64,000 nt of DNA from an uncultured virus (IMG/VR IMGVR_UViG_3300033630_000015) (Duplodnaviria > Heunggongvirae > Uroviricota > Caudoviricetes): the IMG/VR virus record IMGVR_UViG_3300033630_000015; one strand, given 5' to 3'. This document shows positions 48,227-58,959 of this stretch, piece after piece. The translations under genes and the position numbers were made by a program. Position 1 is the stretch's first letter, and the number at the start of each line of letters is the position of its first letter. The notes under the pieces are model-generated. The model saw only the letters and a program-made list of their open reading frames with translations, was not told where the DNA came from and ran no database searches.

Positions 48227-48762
48227 TCCGCACTCATATTACAATGATTCGACACGTTTCTGAGAGACTTTACAGCATTACCGACAATTGCGGCCATAAT
48301 GCCGCGCTGGACAAAAATACCTCGCACAATACCAAGTTTGGCCTCCGGAGGCAGGTCAGACCAAGCCGTCAGAATATCAACGAACTCTCTCGACTTGCCT
48401 GTGACCTCCATATATTCTCTTTTGATCTCATCGAATTCCTGCCGTGAGATCTTCAACGATCGCATGATAGTGTTGTCCAAATTGAAGAAGTCACTGGCAA
48501 ATTCCTTGAAATCCGAAAATACCTTGCCAGGAGTGACTTTTTCACCATCCACGGTAAGGATATCTGCCATCTTCAACATCTCCAAAGTAGACTGAGCATC
48601 TTCAACCATGGTCTGTTGTTCTTCCGGCGTCGTGGCGGTTCCTTTCATCAGCATTGAGATGATTGCTGATACGGTTGACGTTGATTGTTCGTTTAGCCTC
48701 AGTAAGTTTGCAATGGGCACTCCATCGTCAACCAAAGCAACTATTAATTTTTCGAAATCCAT
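48199..48762 (-). CDS. Hypothetical protein
   Basis: GAGGG RBS; 187-aa ORF. Confidence 0.6.
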   Translation of the reverse strand: MDFEKLIVALVDDGVPIANLLRLNEQSTSTVSAIISMLMKGTATTPEEQQTMVEDAQSTLEMLKMADILTVDGEKVTPGKVFSDFKEFASDFFNLDNTIMRSLKISRQEFDEIKREYMEVTGKSREFVDILTAWSDLPPEAKLGIVRGIFVQRGIMAAIVGNAVKSLRNVSNHCNMSAEWLSQWTQE

Positions 48763-48795
48763 AAAAGTTCCCTCAAAAAAAATAATGGTGTTAAT

Positions 48796-49080
48796 CTATC
48801 TACCTATTCCAGCAACGATTCTGTCAATTGCAGACTTCACGGCCTCCAATTGAATGCCGTCCGCGTTTTCATACAGTTCTCTGGCCAGCTTGTCAATCTC
48901 CTCAGCGGAGAGCTTTTTGTCCGCCAGCATATCGGCAATATCCTGAATAGCACCTCCTGTTTCGTATAGAAGTTCAATCATTTCGGCATACTTCTCATCA
49001 GTCACATTAGCGGTAGCGACTTGAAGGGCGCGGTTGATGCCCCTCCCAGCGATATCTTCTATGATTCCCATGTTGATCAC
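48796..49080 (-). CDS. Helical acidic hypothetical protein
   Basis: ORF followed by a T-run on the minus strand. Confidence 0.55.
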   Translation of the reverse strand: MINMGIIEDIAGRGINRALQVATANVTDEKYAEMIELLYETGGAIQDIADMLADKKLSAEEIDKLARELYENADGIQLEAVKSAIDRIVAGIGR

Positions 49081-49306
49081 ATGTTCAAACGTTTTCCCAG
49101 GGTAAATATCTTTCTACCCGAGATCGAAAACCTCGTCGTCGTCAAGCTTCTCAACAACGATGGCATACTCTCCCGGATAGTTGCTCTTAGCCCGTGCCAA
49201 CTTCTCAGCCTTTTTATACCCCATGTGAAAATTGGCTTCATCGAAGTCACCCACCTTGAAAGCTTTAAAAGGTGAGCATCGTTGACGAATTATTATTTTA
49301 TCCATG

Positions 49307-49440
49307 GTGACTTCCTCCCATGACTGAAGTCATGGGCTTCCGCTGCCCCTACACCCCTTCATCATAAAAATCTCCCGGCTGCCGGGATGTCTGCCAGCGA
49401 GGAAGGAGGGCCGGCTGAATCATGACCGAAAACCTCGCCG
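49307..49440 (-). mobile_element. Isolated IS200/IS605-type right end with upstream structured segment (omegaRNA-like remnant)
   Basis: Minus strand GGAAG-CCCATGAC-TTCA-GTCATGGG-AGGAAGTCAC ending in TCAC; intergenic; no left end or transposase seen. Confidence 0.6.
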
Positions 49441-50177
49441 TTAGCAGTCCCGGCAAACCTCTTCTGAACACGCCTGCAATACATCAAATACTTTTCGTGC
49501 GGTTGGATCTCCGAAAAGGACCAGTTGCCGGGCTGCCTCTTCTTGCAGAGCTACCAAAACAGATTCCCAGCCGCATTCGTCAACAAAAGACTCCACGCTC
49601 GGACCTGTTACCACGCGCCACCCCAACGTCTTTCACACTTGGTTCTCATCAGCTCAAGTTCAATCGTTACCCACCAAAGATAATCCTTTAGATCGGTATC
49701 GGTCGGATGATATAATCTTGAGTCTGCTGGAGCATCCCTGCACCATCCGGATGGATATAACGGACAAAGAATTTCACACCCATTATCTCCTGATAATATG
49801 CTATCAATCTCGGCACATATACTACAATAGGCCCATACTGGGTATTCTCCTGTTAGCGCATATGTGTATTTTTCAATTGTTTTGTCGAGAGCATATTCTG
49901 GCAGATTGGACAAAGATATTCTCGTGGTCATATATTATTTCCCTCAATAAATAGCATTGTTTTGCATGCCGGGTATCTGCTCATCTCGGCAATCAGGGTT
50001 ATTGATTTCAGCTCTCTTTCGTCATTGAAGCACAGGTCGTTCCTATCTAGATATTCCCTTACTTGCATATAAGCACTATCGGCGGAGGATGCCACGACAT
50101 ATGATTCGTGATAATTCGTGCCTGTTGAACTGCATCCTCCGCGTATTCTGACTTGGTATAGTTTCATTTTTGTCAAC

Positions 50178-51149
50178 TCAATCAACATTGCCACTTGCCG
50201 AAAATGACCTAACGGCCCTGTTCACATAAACGCGATGCCAAATTTTGCCTAATACCAATATCTTATGTTCAGGGTGCCGAATTGTTCCCCTGGCATAAAT
50301 ATCTCCATCTTTTTGTCTGATTTCTGTTACTATGTGCGCATGACCTGTTCCGGCATTCGGAAAATATCGTGCCAGGTTATTTTGGTCTTTAATCGGGAAT
50401 CTGTGAACCATTCTACCAGAGCTATCTTCGATCTTCCCCCATGATTCTATGTGTCTTCTCAGGTGTTTTTCTGCAAGTTCTTTTGTTGCAAACCTCGCTT
50501 GATAAGCATGTTGAACATTGTAATCATACCAACCCCATTCATACAATAGCTCAACTGGTGAAAGTTCTTTTGTTTGCATATTTGTCGGTTCGAAGAAAAA
50601 TTCTCCTTGTCTGACATGCGGTGCGTCTCGGGCCAGATCTTCCGGAAACAGAGTATCAAACGCCTCATCAACCGAGGTTACATTCTCGGGCAATTCCACC
50701 AAAAAATATCCTCCTCGATCTTTGGCACCTGCATCAATTGATGACAAGTAGTGTTTACCTTCTATCTCGATTACGGCTGACCCCAGCCTGTGTTCATTGT
50801 ACTCAATTATTTCTCCTGTTTTTGGATCTCGTCGAATTCGTGGAATGTATATGTCTGATGATCTGTCAACCATCTTGATAGCTGAGTACTCCGTTGTTAC
50901 CTGGTTCAATGCCGAAAATGGGATTATCACATTTGGAGTCAAATGTCTGATGCACAACGATGTATGCCTTGATGTTGATGAACTATAAGTATCCCCGTTG
51001 ATCAGATATTCGCCGGTATCTAGTCTCGTTGCTAGGATGAAATGATGCCCGTAGCTGTATAATTTTCGATTGTCATCATGAAAAATGTTTTTGCTGTTTC
51101 CTCTTTCTTGACGCGCAAATGCGATTACTGCATCTTTGTTTGATAACAT
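50178..51149 (-). CDS. Viral hypothetical protein (323 aa)
   Basis: GAGGTGA RBS; LYSYGHHF.LA..YSSSTSRH; RQGEFFF; GTIRHPEH motifs reminiscent of phage early genes. Confidence 0.7.
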   Translation of the reverse strand: MLSNKDAVIAFARQERGNSKNIFHDDNRKLYSYGHHFILATRLDTGEYLINGDTYSSSTSRHTSLCIRHLTPNVIIPFSALNQVTTEYSAIKMVDRSSDIYIPRIRRDPKTGEIIEYNEHRLGSAVIEIEGKHYLSSIDAGAKDRGGYFLVELPENVTSVDEAFDTLFPEDLARDAPHVRQGEFFFEPTNMQTKELSPVELLYEWGWYDYNVQHAYQARFATKELAEKHLRRHIESWGKIEDSSGRMVHRFPIKDQNNLARYFPNAGTGHAHIVTEIRQKDGDIYARGTIRHPEHKILVLGKIWHRVYVNRAVRSFSASGNVD

Positions 51150-51165
51150 TTTTGTTCACCTCGTT

Positions 51166-51699
51166 TTACCAACTTGAGTAATATTCGAACTCCCAGCCTG
51201 TCGTGTCACTGTTTAGTATCTTGTCAATGACCTGTTTGGTTTCTTTTATATCGTTTAGATAGTATTCGTCATAATTCGTTGATCCAAAGAAGAATCCATT
51301 TGTCGTCGGCATCAATGATTCAATTTCTTCTGGATTTTCTATGACCATTCCATCTTCAAATTTTGGTATAAATTCTTTACCGTCCGTTGATATTTCCCCG
51401 ATTTTCACTTGTCCTGGAATTTGTTTTGCGGTTGCTATTACCATATTACACAAATCTCGTAGTGCGATTAGTTCATCTTTTGAAACATAGTAATGACCGC
51501 AATCATCGTTTCCACTTTGTACGTTTTGCACGAACCAATTATGTATCGCGTTTGCTTTGCGCCAGTACATTGCTGTATATTCTATATATCGTGGTTTGTC
51601 CGAGAAAGGACACGGTACTGCATTTCTGATTGCATTAGCCAATTCGCTATCATCGTGCCAAACGAATTTTTTCGCAATTAAATACATATCAAGACCCAT
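51166..51699 (-). CDS. Conserved phage protein (MGLDMYL..YWRKANAIHNWF family)
   Basis: Motifs MGLDMYL, YWRKANAIHNWFV, GFFFGSTNYDEYY, YYSSW. Confidence 0.75.
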   Translation of the reverse strand: MGLDMYLIAKKFVWHDDSELANAIRNAVPCPFSDKPRYIEYTAMYWRKANAIHNWFVQNVQSGNDDCGHYYVSKDELIALRDLCNMVIATAKQIPGQVKIGEISTDGKEFIPKFEDGMVIENPEEIESLMPTTNGFFFGSTNYDEYYLNDIKETKQVIDKILNSDTTGWEFEYYSSW

Positions 51700-51843
51700 T
51701 TTCGTCACTCTCTTTTTCGTTGTTTTGCTTCTCATCGCGCTTGCTTTTCAATCGCTGTCCATATTCTTTTATCATCTTGCATTGTCGATTTATATTTTCA
51801 GCAAGTTCCTCCATGGTGTACATAATACACTCTCCTTTTTTGT

Positions 51844-52572
51844 TTACTCGCAGAAACTTTTTATTTCTTTGACTAAACGTTCTCTTAGTTTTTCTTCATA
51901 TTCTGATGTTTCTTCTGCTTTTTCGATTACTACATAATAATCATCCATGTCTTCTGGTTCGTATCCCAGGCATTCAATTGCCGTTTCTAGTTTGATATCA
52001 TCGATGTCTAAACTGTTGATGTTCATTATCAATGTATTAAATTCGTCCCATACCGCATTTCCATATGTGTATGCAGCCTGAATTTCTGCAATTCTGTCAA
52101 CGTTGGTTTCACCTTCCCACAGTCCGGTATCTTCTTCGGCGTTCCCATATAACTGGCTCAACAGCTCTGCGGCATCGGTTAGATGATATGACCTATCCGT
52201 GATTACTTCGTGGAATATTCCGTCTCCGTTGTCGTAATCATTGTTTATGTTGGCACTGGCTTCACCCTTGTCGATGAGTTGATCAATTATTTCGTCCATG
52301 AAATAATCTGTGATCAACATTGCAGCATCGTCCTCGGCTTCTTGCTGATAGTCTATTATCGGTTCTGGCGGCAATTTAAACATAAAATTACTCATGAACT
52401 CGTCGATGCCATCTAATGAATGATTGTTGGCGAATTGTATTGCCAGGTTTGATATTTGTGCTTTTAGTGCCTGTTTTGCATCGTCCTTGTCTGCCCACGT
52501 GTTATACATTGAAATTGGTCTGCCTAGATCGATATCGATCGAGGCGATTATGTATGATTGTTCCTGTTTCAT
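51844..52572 (-). CDS. Highly acidic protein, Ocr (T7 gp0.3)-like DNA-mimic candidate
   Basis: Very D/E-rich; the segment EEDTGLWEGETNVDRIAEIQAAYTY resembles the recalled Ocr segment [22 protein letters not shown]. Confidence 0.45.
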   Translation of the reverse strand: MKQEQSYIIASIDIDLGRPISMYNTWADKDDAKQALKAQISNLAIQFANNHSLDGIDEFMSNFMFKLPPEPIIDYQQEAEDDAAMLITDYFMDEIIDQLIDKGEASANINNDYDNGDGIFHEVITDRSYHLTDAAELLSQLYGNAEEDTGLWEGETNVDRIAEIQAAYTYGNAVWDEFNTLIMNINSLDIDDIKLETAIECLGYEPEDMDDYYVVIEKAEETSEYEEKLRERLVKEIKSFCE

Positions 52573-52612
52573 CGTTTTCCTCCTTATGTGTCTGCCGATG
52601 GCGTTGAATTGT

Positions 52613-53035
52613 TCATGCCAATTCGATTGTGTTCATTACTTTCAGTAATATATCGGCCATCATCTCTTTATCAGCCGGATCTAGATCGTCTACCCATCTG
52701 CTTTTGCAACTATATGTTGCTACAAGTTCTCCGCTTGGTGCTCTGATTTTTGCAATTAGGTCTCCGACGTTTCCATAGTATTGTACTATGTAGACATATG
52801 TTCCGATCACTGCTCCAATATCTTCAGCTATTTCGTCTGCGTCTGTGGTGCCGGTTCGATAATCGACCAATACTCTACTTGATGATACGTCGATGTCTAC
52901 TTTGTATATGTCATTTGCACCGTCTTCTAATACATCTTCTCCTACCATTTCTATTTCGCTGTAGTCTGTTCCAGTGGTTATCCCGATTGCTGCGATCAGC
53001 AATAACATACCAAGTATTGTTTTCATCTTATTCAC
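52613..53035 (-). CDS. Secreted/membrane-anchored acidic protein
   Basis: Signal peptide MKTILGMLLLIAAIG. Confidence 0.6.
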   Translation of the reverse strand: MNKMKTILGMLLLIAAIGITTGTDYSEIEMVGEDVLEDGANDIYKVDIDVSSSRVLVDYRTGTTDADEIAEDIGAVIGTYVYIVQYYGNVGDLIAKIRAPSGELVATYSCKSRWVDDLDPADKEMMADILLKVMNTIELA

Positions 53036-54386
53036 ACCCCTCTTCTCTGGCCAGTTCGATCCATTGCTCGTGCAAGCACTTCTTCAGTTCAGAGTAGCTT
53101 CTGGCGTTCTTTTTTTCGGCACCTATTTCATATGCTCCTCTCGGGATTGATGGAAAATATGATCCGTCGTTGGGATTCAGATATGCGGAACATAGGTATG
53201 ATCCAGTTTCTTTTGATATGAAGAATCGATTGTTGGGATTCTTGCCCGTGGTTCTCAGGATCTTCATTATTGTTCTCAGAGCTTCCCATGTTGGTTCTGC
53301 GATATGTCCTCTGCAAAATGGGTATGGATCATAGATTGTCTGCGCTACTTGTTCTTCCGGATCTGTATAGCGGACTGTTTTTCCGCATACCTCGCAAATG
53401 GTTTTGATGGTCATGTTCAGTCTCCAAAGCCTAGAAATCTCTCCATAGCAAACCACGCTTCTTCTGTTGTCATTGTCTGCAATTTCTCAGCGAATGCAAT
53501 AGACACTGGAAATCGATTCATAGAAGTTTCATGTCTATTTGGTAATCGTTCGATATAATAGTGTCCATCATTGGCCTGTTTGAGCCATATCAATATTTCT
53601 GGTGATATGTTGCTTGCGTCAATTATTACTTTCATCTTATTTCAACTCCTTTTCTTCTAATTCTTTTGTCCATTCTGCGATACTTACTTTCGACGGTACG
53701 TGCTGAAGAAATCCCAAAATAAAGTCCTTGTCACTGGAATGCTGTTCGAACAGTCTGGCGGTTTTGCTTCCTGTCCGCTCATCAACATAATCCAGATCAA
53801 AGGAGACCGTAAACCGCATGCATCTCATGGGTCTGGGACCTGAAATGAGATACTATGTTCGTAGTCTAAATTCTGCACCCAATTGCGAACTTCTGCGATC
53901 CTTTTTCTCAAAACGTCTACATATTCCGGAGTTCCGAATTTTGCGTATTCAAATTCAAATGTTGCACGCATATCTCCCTTTTCAAACCAGGTGTTTCCGC
54001 CATTAAATATTCCTAGACCCCGCTCTCTATCAGTGTTTGTTAACAGTCTTGATGCAACGTACATAGGTGTTTCTTTACCATCAACGAGCACTAACTCATA
54101 TTTGTGCCCGTCTTTAATTCCGTCTACCAATGTTATTTCCATTTTATCTCACCTCAACATTTCTTCAACTGCTATCTTTTTCCCGTTCCAGCTGATCCAG
54201 ACCGGGTGAAAGTTGCCGATTTGTCGGCCATTGCCTACCCGGTATTGGATCTCTCCGCTCGTTCGGTCCCTGATAAAAACATCAATTTTTGTTCGGTCCC
54301 CCATTGCATTCAGGGTATAAACATCCCCAAACGCAACATCAAACTTGGTCCCATGATGCCAATTTGCGTTTCCTGGCGGAACTTTT

Positions 54387-54830
54387 CTAATTTTCATTGA
54401 TAACACCTTGAAACCGGTATGGACCCCTGCGATTCTCAGCAATGCTTCTATCTGCTTGTGCCAGTTCCCCAGGGTTGTCAAATGACCTGTAGAATACGAA
54501 ATTCGTTTTGATCGCCCCTAGATTCTTGGAAAGGTTGGCCCCCATTCTTATCGAGGTGTCCAGTCCCACCGTTAAACCGCCTTCAATCGGGATTATTATG
54601 TAGCAATGATCTCCAGGGCCGGGATCAGTTCGAACCACAATTTTAGGGTCATATCCATGATCTTTGAAAAATTGCCAATTGGCAGAGGCCATGTCCGCGC
54701 AATCAAAGACATCATCCTCCCAGGGCTGGGTAAAATGATGAGAGTTGACCAGCTCTTCAACTTCCTCAAGATTGCCGGCAATGACTGTTGGTGTCAAACA
54801 CAGCAATGCGATAACCCAAATGAATTTCAT
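54387..54830 (-). CDS. Secreted transglutaminase-like cysteine peptidase (paralogue of 1343-1756)
   Basis: Signal MKFIWVIALLCL; FDCADMA...GY...DHCYII...LD. Confidence 0.6.
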   Translation of the reverse strand: MKFIWVIALLCLTPTVIAGNLEEVEELVNSHHFTQPWEDDVFDCADMASANWQFFKDHGYDPKIVVRTDPGPGDHCYIIIPIEGGLTVGLDTSIRMGANLSKNLGAIKTNFVFYRSFDNPGELAQADRSIAENRRGPYRFQGVINEN

Positions 54831-55191
54831 CTTAGCCCCACCATGCGTCGCATAACCCAGATCAAATGTGTGGTTTTGAAAGTGGTACACATATCGAATT
54901 CATTGCTCCAATATCTAAAATCCTTCTGACTATGCACAAACGCAATGCATTTGACTAATTCTTCTTCACTTATTGTAAAAGGTTTCACGACAATTCACCC
55001 CACAAATACTTGATCCGCCACAATAGCTGCAATCTCGGATCGTTCTATAAATGAACCATTTGTACCAAACCCCACCGTGACGTTGCTACCATGATTGTTT
55101 CTGATATTTTCAAGTTCATCTTTTGTGAGTTCATTTATAGTTATTTTAATGCCCGATTTCAAAACAACCAAATATCTCATTTTAAGTCCTC

Positions 55192-55977
55192 TCAATAGTT
55201 TTCATCTTCAACTCTCCTCTTCATTTCGTTGACCATGCCTATCTGCAATCTTACAGAAGTCAGATAAAATTTTACCTTGTCACCGTTTGGATCAGTTGCT
55301 GCCGATTCAATCAGAAGAATAATATTTGTTCTCAAGTTTCTGATCCAGTGTAAAACGTCTAGATCTGTTTCCTCTGTTTCCTTTTTGTATAGGAAACGCA
55401 TCAGTTCATTCATATCGGCAATCAGTGATGGCATGTTATCCTCGGGATAAAGCTGTTTCCACAGTTTGTTATATCTTTCTTCGATGGTTATATACTCATA
55501 CGGGGCCTTACCGTCTTCGAAACACTCCTTTGGTAGACAATAAGCCATGAATCCGCGTTTTCCGTCTGCATCTGGTAAATAAACTGCTCCTGGCGCGCAT
55601 GGTGAACAAAGTGGTCCGAGAGTAACATATGGAGATTCGGCAATGAATAGGTCATTGCCGATTAATTGTATTTTGTATCCATCGTGTTCATATAGTCTGG
55701 AATCTTCGCTTTCGTCCCAGTTTTCGAACATTTCTTCTGCGATTGATTCTTTTAATTTCTCGATTTCGGTTTCTTTATCCAATCCTCGTTCTTTTGCGAA
55801 CTCTTTTATTGGTTCGAACAATTCGTCAATTTCAAGCTCGATTTCTTTTATTGCAAGGTTTTCCGAGTTATCATAAAATTCTTCGTATGCGAACCAGGGG
55901 TCTAGATCGTGTAATGGTATCACCCCGTATCTGATGCCTGTTTTCGGATCTGTGTTTGGGATCATGTTACCTCCCAC
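55192..55977 (-). CDS. Acidic hypothetical protein
   Basis: PNTDPKTGIRYGVI, CSPCAPGA motifs. Confidence 0.65.
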   Translation of the reverse strand: MGGNMIPNTDPKTGIRYGVIPLHDLDPWFAYEEFYDNSENLAIKEIELEIDELFEPIKEFAKERGLDKETEIEKLKESIAEEMFENWDESEDSRLYEHDGYKIQLIGNDLFIAESPYVTLGPLCSPCAPGAVYLPDADGKRGFMAYCLPKECFEDGKAPYEYITIEERYNKLWKQLYPEDNMPSLIADMNELMRFLYKKETEETDLDVLHWIRNLRTNIILLIESAATDPNGDKVKFYLTSVRLQIGMVNEMKRRVEDENY

Positions 55978-56511
55978 TGCAATTCTTTGTCTGATAGCTT
56001 TGCATACTTTTCGAATGCTGTATCCAGTTCCAGCATGCTGAATCCGATGTCGGATAATCTTTTGCGGGTTTTGTTCAGTAGATTTCTGTGATACCAGCCT
56101 ATGTCTGGATCATCACTCTCGATTCCCCACGCTGATTCATATATTGAGGTGCTTAAGGATTCTTTGTTTATCCGTATTTCCAAGTCAATTTTTATGATGG
56201 CTCTCACGTAGTACCATTTATTGTCTAGCCAATCTTCGACGCGTTTTTTGTCTTCGTTTGCGTATCGGTATGCGTCTCGACGTTCTTTTCCCTTTAGATC
56301 GTGCCATTTTTGAATTGGTATTAACCAATGTTGACCAAGTTTTAATGCATTTGTTTCCCAGTGATCTGACAACTTTCCGTAGTCGTTTAACATGTAAATG
56401 TCATCATCAATTTCGTATTTTAAGAATATATCAACTATACGCAATTTTGCCTCCTTTTCCATGGCCGTCACCTCATTTGTCGTGTTGTTGTATCGCTTTT
56501 TCGATCACCAT

Positions 56512-56919
56512 TTACATTCTCTCCGTTTCCCATAACAAGGTCTCGTATGCTTCTTTTCCCAAGAAATTTTTCATGTTCAAAGACACAGCTTTCACATTGT
56601 TATATATTGTCTCAGCTCTTCTTAAACCAATATCATATCCATAATCGTTGGCCCAGTCTTCGAAACTATTCGAATTTTCGTATCCCGATGCATCCGATGC
56701 AATGCAGTCTAGAACTTCGGATACTGTTGGTCTCTTTCCTTTGTGACCAATCCCTTTTGAAAAGTATGTCACAAACTCGTTTATTCCTTTTCCCGGCATG
56801 TGCAGCACAATTTCCCAATGATCTCCTTTGAAATCTGTCATATATGGGCTTTGATGTATTTTGTTGCATTCCTTCATTTTTATTCCATGCATTTCAATGA
56901 ACTCTTCAATCGTGGCCAT
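56512..56919 (-). CDS. Viral hypothetical protein
   Basis: GGAGG RBS; PT..EVLDCIASDA..SFEDWANDYGYD motif. Confidence 0.7.
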   Translation of the reverse strand: MATIEEFIEMHGIKMKECNKIHQSPYMTDFKGDHWEIVLHMPGKGINEFVTYFSKGIGHKGKRPTVSEVLDCIASDASGYENSNSFEDWANDYGYDIGLRRAETIYNNVKAVSLNMKNFLGKEAYETLLWETERM

Positions 56920-56939
56920 ATGTATCTCTACCTCCTGAT

Positions 56940-56980
56940 TGCCGCTCCCGGAGTCGAACCGGGCTAATACCTCGGCGGCT
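56940..56980 (-). ncRNA. tRNA-like minihelix (t-element) 1
   Basis: AGCCGCC-GAGGTATTAG-CCCGG-TTCGACT-CCGGG-AGCGGCA: perfect T-arm plus a 5-bp acceptor-like core; intergenic. Confidence 0.6.
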
Positions 56981-56987
56981 ATTGTTT

Positions 56988-57428
56988 TTATTCCTCCGTT
57001 TGTTCTTCATTCTCAATAAATGCTTCTTCTGCGCAAGATTCCGAACAGAATTTTCCATAATCAGGATCTCCGTAGATTACGAAAAATTCTTTGTCATCTC
57101 TCGGTTTGCCACAGTGATCGCATTTTGGCAATGATTCGTAGTGCTTCTCGATATCCTTTCTCAGTTCATCAATATCTTGAGGTTCGCCCTCTACCATGTC
57201 AAAATGGCCAAACGCAATCCCTATTTCCTCATCAGGGTGATCGGCCTGCAATGCCTCTCTGACCTTGATCGCTGCGTCCAAGGCTTCTCTTGGGTCGTCG
57301 TATTCTCCTTCGCCTGGATAATCAGTGGCAAGCATATCTGAACCGGCGTAATCGATTCCTGGATATGCTATTTCTACCATATATTGTCCAGAGTAAAAAT
57401 AATGTTGGCAATTTACGAAGTATGGCAT
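56988..57428 (-). CDS. Acidic protein with a C-terminal Zn-finger
   Basis: CDHC...FCSESC. Confidence 0.65.
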   Translation of the reverse strand: MPYFVNCQHYFYSGQYMVEIAYPGIDYAGSDMLATDYPGEGEYDDPREALDAAIKVREALQADHPDEEIGIAFGHFDMVEGEPQDIDELRKDIEKHYESLPKCDHCGKPRDDKEFFVIYGDPDYGKFCSESCAEEAFIENEEQTEE

Positions 57429-57434
57429 TTTTAA

Positions 57435-57686
57435 TCACCTCAGCTCCCATACATGAATTTCTTGTACTTCATCGGATTCTTCCATGTGTTCCATTCTGAG
57501 TTCGACGATAATCGTGCCGGCCAGCGTTGATTTGATTTCTGATATGATTGATCTATAGTCGTTTTCCCACTCATCTGCTCCCAGTTTCGATATGTGTCGG
57601 TCTAAGTCTCGTATTGCGGTTTCGTTGTTTTTATTTGCAATGTAGACGCCGGTATCTTTTCCGTCTTTGTAAACTTTAAAGATCAT
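57435..57686 (-). CDS. Small acidic protein, paralogue A
   Basis: Shares LDRHISKL..EWENDYR..EIKST..MEESDE with 58205-58483. Confidence 0.7.
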   Translation of the reverse strand: MIFKVYKDGKDTGVYIANKNNETAIRDLDRHISKLGADEWENDYRSIISEIKSTLAGTIIVELRMEHMEESDEVQEIHVWELR

Positions 57687-58204
57687 TTTGATCTCTCCCT
57701 TATGTTGTCGATTGGCAGTCTACATGGTTTTTTATCTTTTTCACCAGTTCTATATTCAGCCTTTCAGCTTCGTCCATGTTTCCTATTCCCAGTAGACCCA
57801 ATATCTCGCATAAACGGTCTACGACTTCTGTCAGTTCTTCCGCCATATCCGCATCGTCTTTAAAGGTCACAAGTAGTATATCTGTCGAATATGTCAACAT
57901 ATTTGCATATCTCGATATCGCTTTTATCCGTTTATCCTCATCCATCTCAGGTCACCTCTTCGGCCAATCCAGGTTGTCATTTATATCATCACGCCTGTCA
58001 AAAATATGATAATTCCGACGATTGGCCCAAACTTGGAACCCCATCGTTCAAACCAGCTCCAGTGATTCGGACTGCCCATAAGAAGTACCCATATAGTCAT
58101 GAAACTGCTGATTGCCATTATGACAAGTTCCATCTCAGGCCATCTCCTCGACCTCTTCATCGATCTCTTCTACCATCACCATTCCATCAACAACTGAACT
58201 TATT

Positions 58205-58483
58205 TCAACCCAGGTTGTCATCTCTCACCAGCTCCCATATGTTAATTTCATCAATTTCATCAGATTCTTCCATATCAAGGTGTTCCATCCTAATTTCGAC
58301 GATAATTAATCCAAACGTGGTTGATTTGATTTCCGTTATGGTAAATCGGTAGTCGTTTTCCCACTCAACCATTGCTAATTTTGATATGTGCCTGTCTAGT
58401 TTACCTATCTTGGTCTTGTTGGGATCATCATGATTTATGTAATCCCCTGTAAATGTCCCGTTTTTGAAAATTTTAAATAACAT
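58205..58483 (-). CDS. Small acidic protein, paralogue B
   Basis: Paralogue of 57435-57686; GGAGG RBS. Confidence 0.7.
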   Translation of the reverse strand: MLFKIFKNGTFTGDYINHDDPNKTKIGKLDRHISKLAMVEWENDYRFTITEIKSTTFGLIIVEIRMEHLDMEESDEIDEINIWELVRDDNLG

Positions 58484-58659
58484 TTTTTGTCCTCCCTATT
58501 ACCAGAACTCCGTATCTTTGGGGAGACGCTTATAACCATCCTGCGCTCTTAGACTAGCCCTGGCCTCTCTTTCGGATACTGGCTTATCAAATCTAAGATC
58601 ATTGCAGTAAAGGCCCATTCCTGGCATCCTGAAGTGCCATAAGACTTTTTTATGCATTA

Positions 58660-58959
58660 TCAACTCTCCTCGAAAGTTTCATCATGGATCTCTGGGTGAT
58701 CGCAATTACACTTTTGAATTTCAGCGTACTCGGCCCCATAACGATGTTCATTTCTCCCCGGCCAGTCCGCTTCATCCAGCTCAACATAACCGCATTTCCG
58801 CAATTCTGCGGCTTTTACCCCATAACGGGGTAATTGAAAAACGTCTATCAGATCCCGGACTGCTTCGGAATATTTTTTGAAGCACGCCAGATGATCCGGG
58901 AGACATCCATGAGACCCGCTCATGGCGATATAGTGGGGTTTATTCTTCTTCGTCGGCAT
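58660..58959 (-). CDS. Hypothetical protein
   Basis: SGSHGCLPD..YAEIQKCNC; start MPTKK at 58959. Confidence 0.55.
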   Translation of the reverse strand: MPTKKNKPHYIAMSGSHGCLPDHLACFKKYSEAVRDLIDVFQLPRYGVKAAELRKCGYVELDEADWPGRNEHRYGAEYAEIQKCNCDHPEIHDETFEES

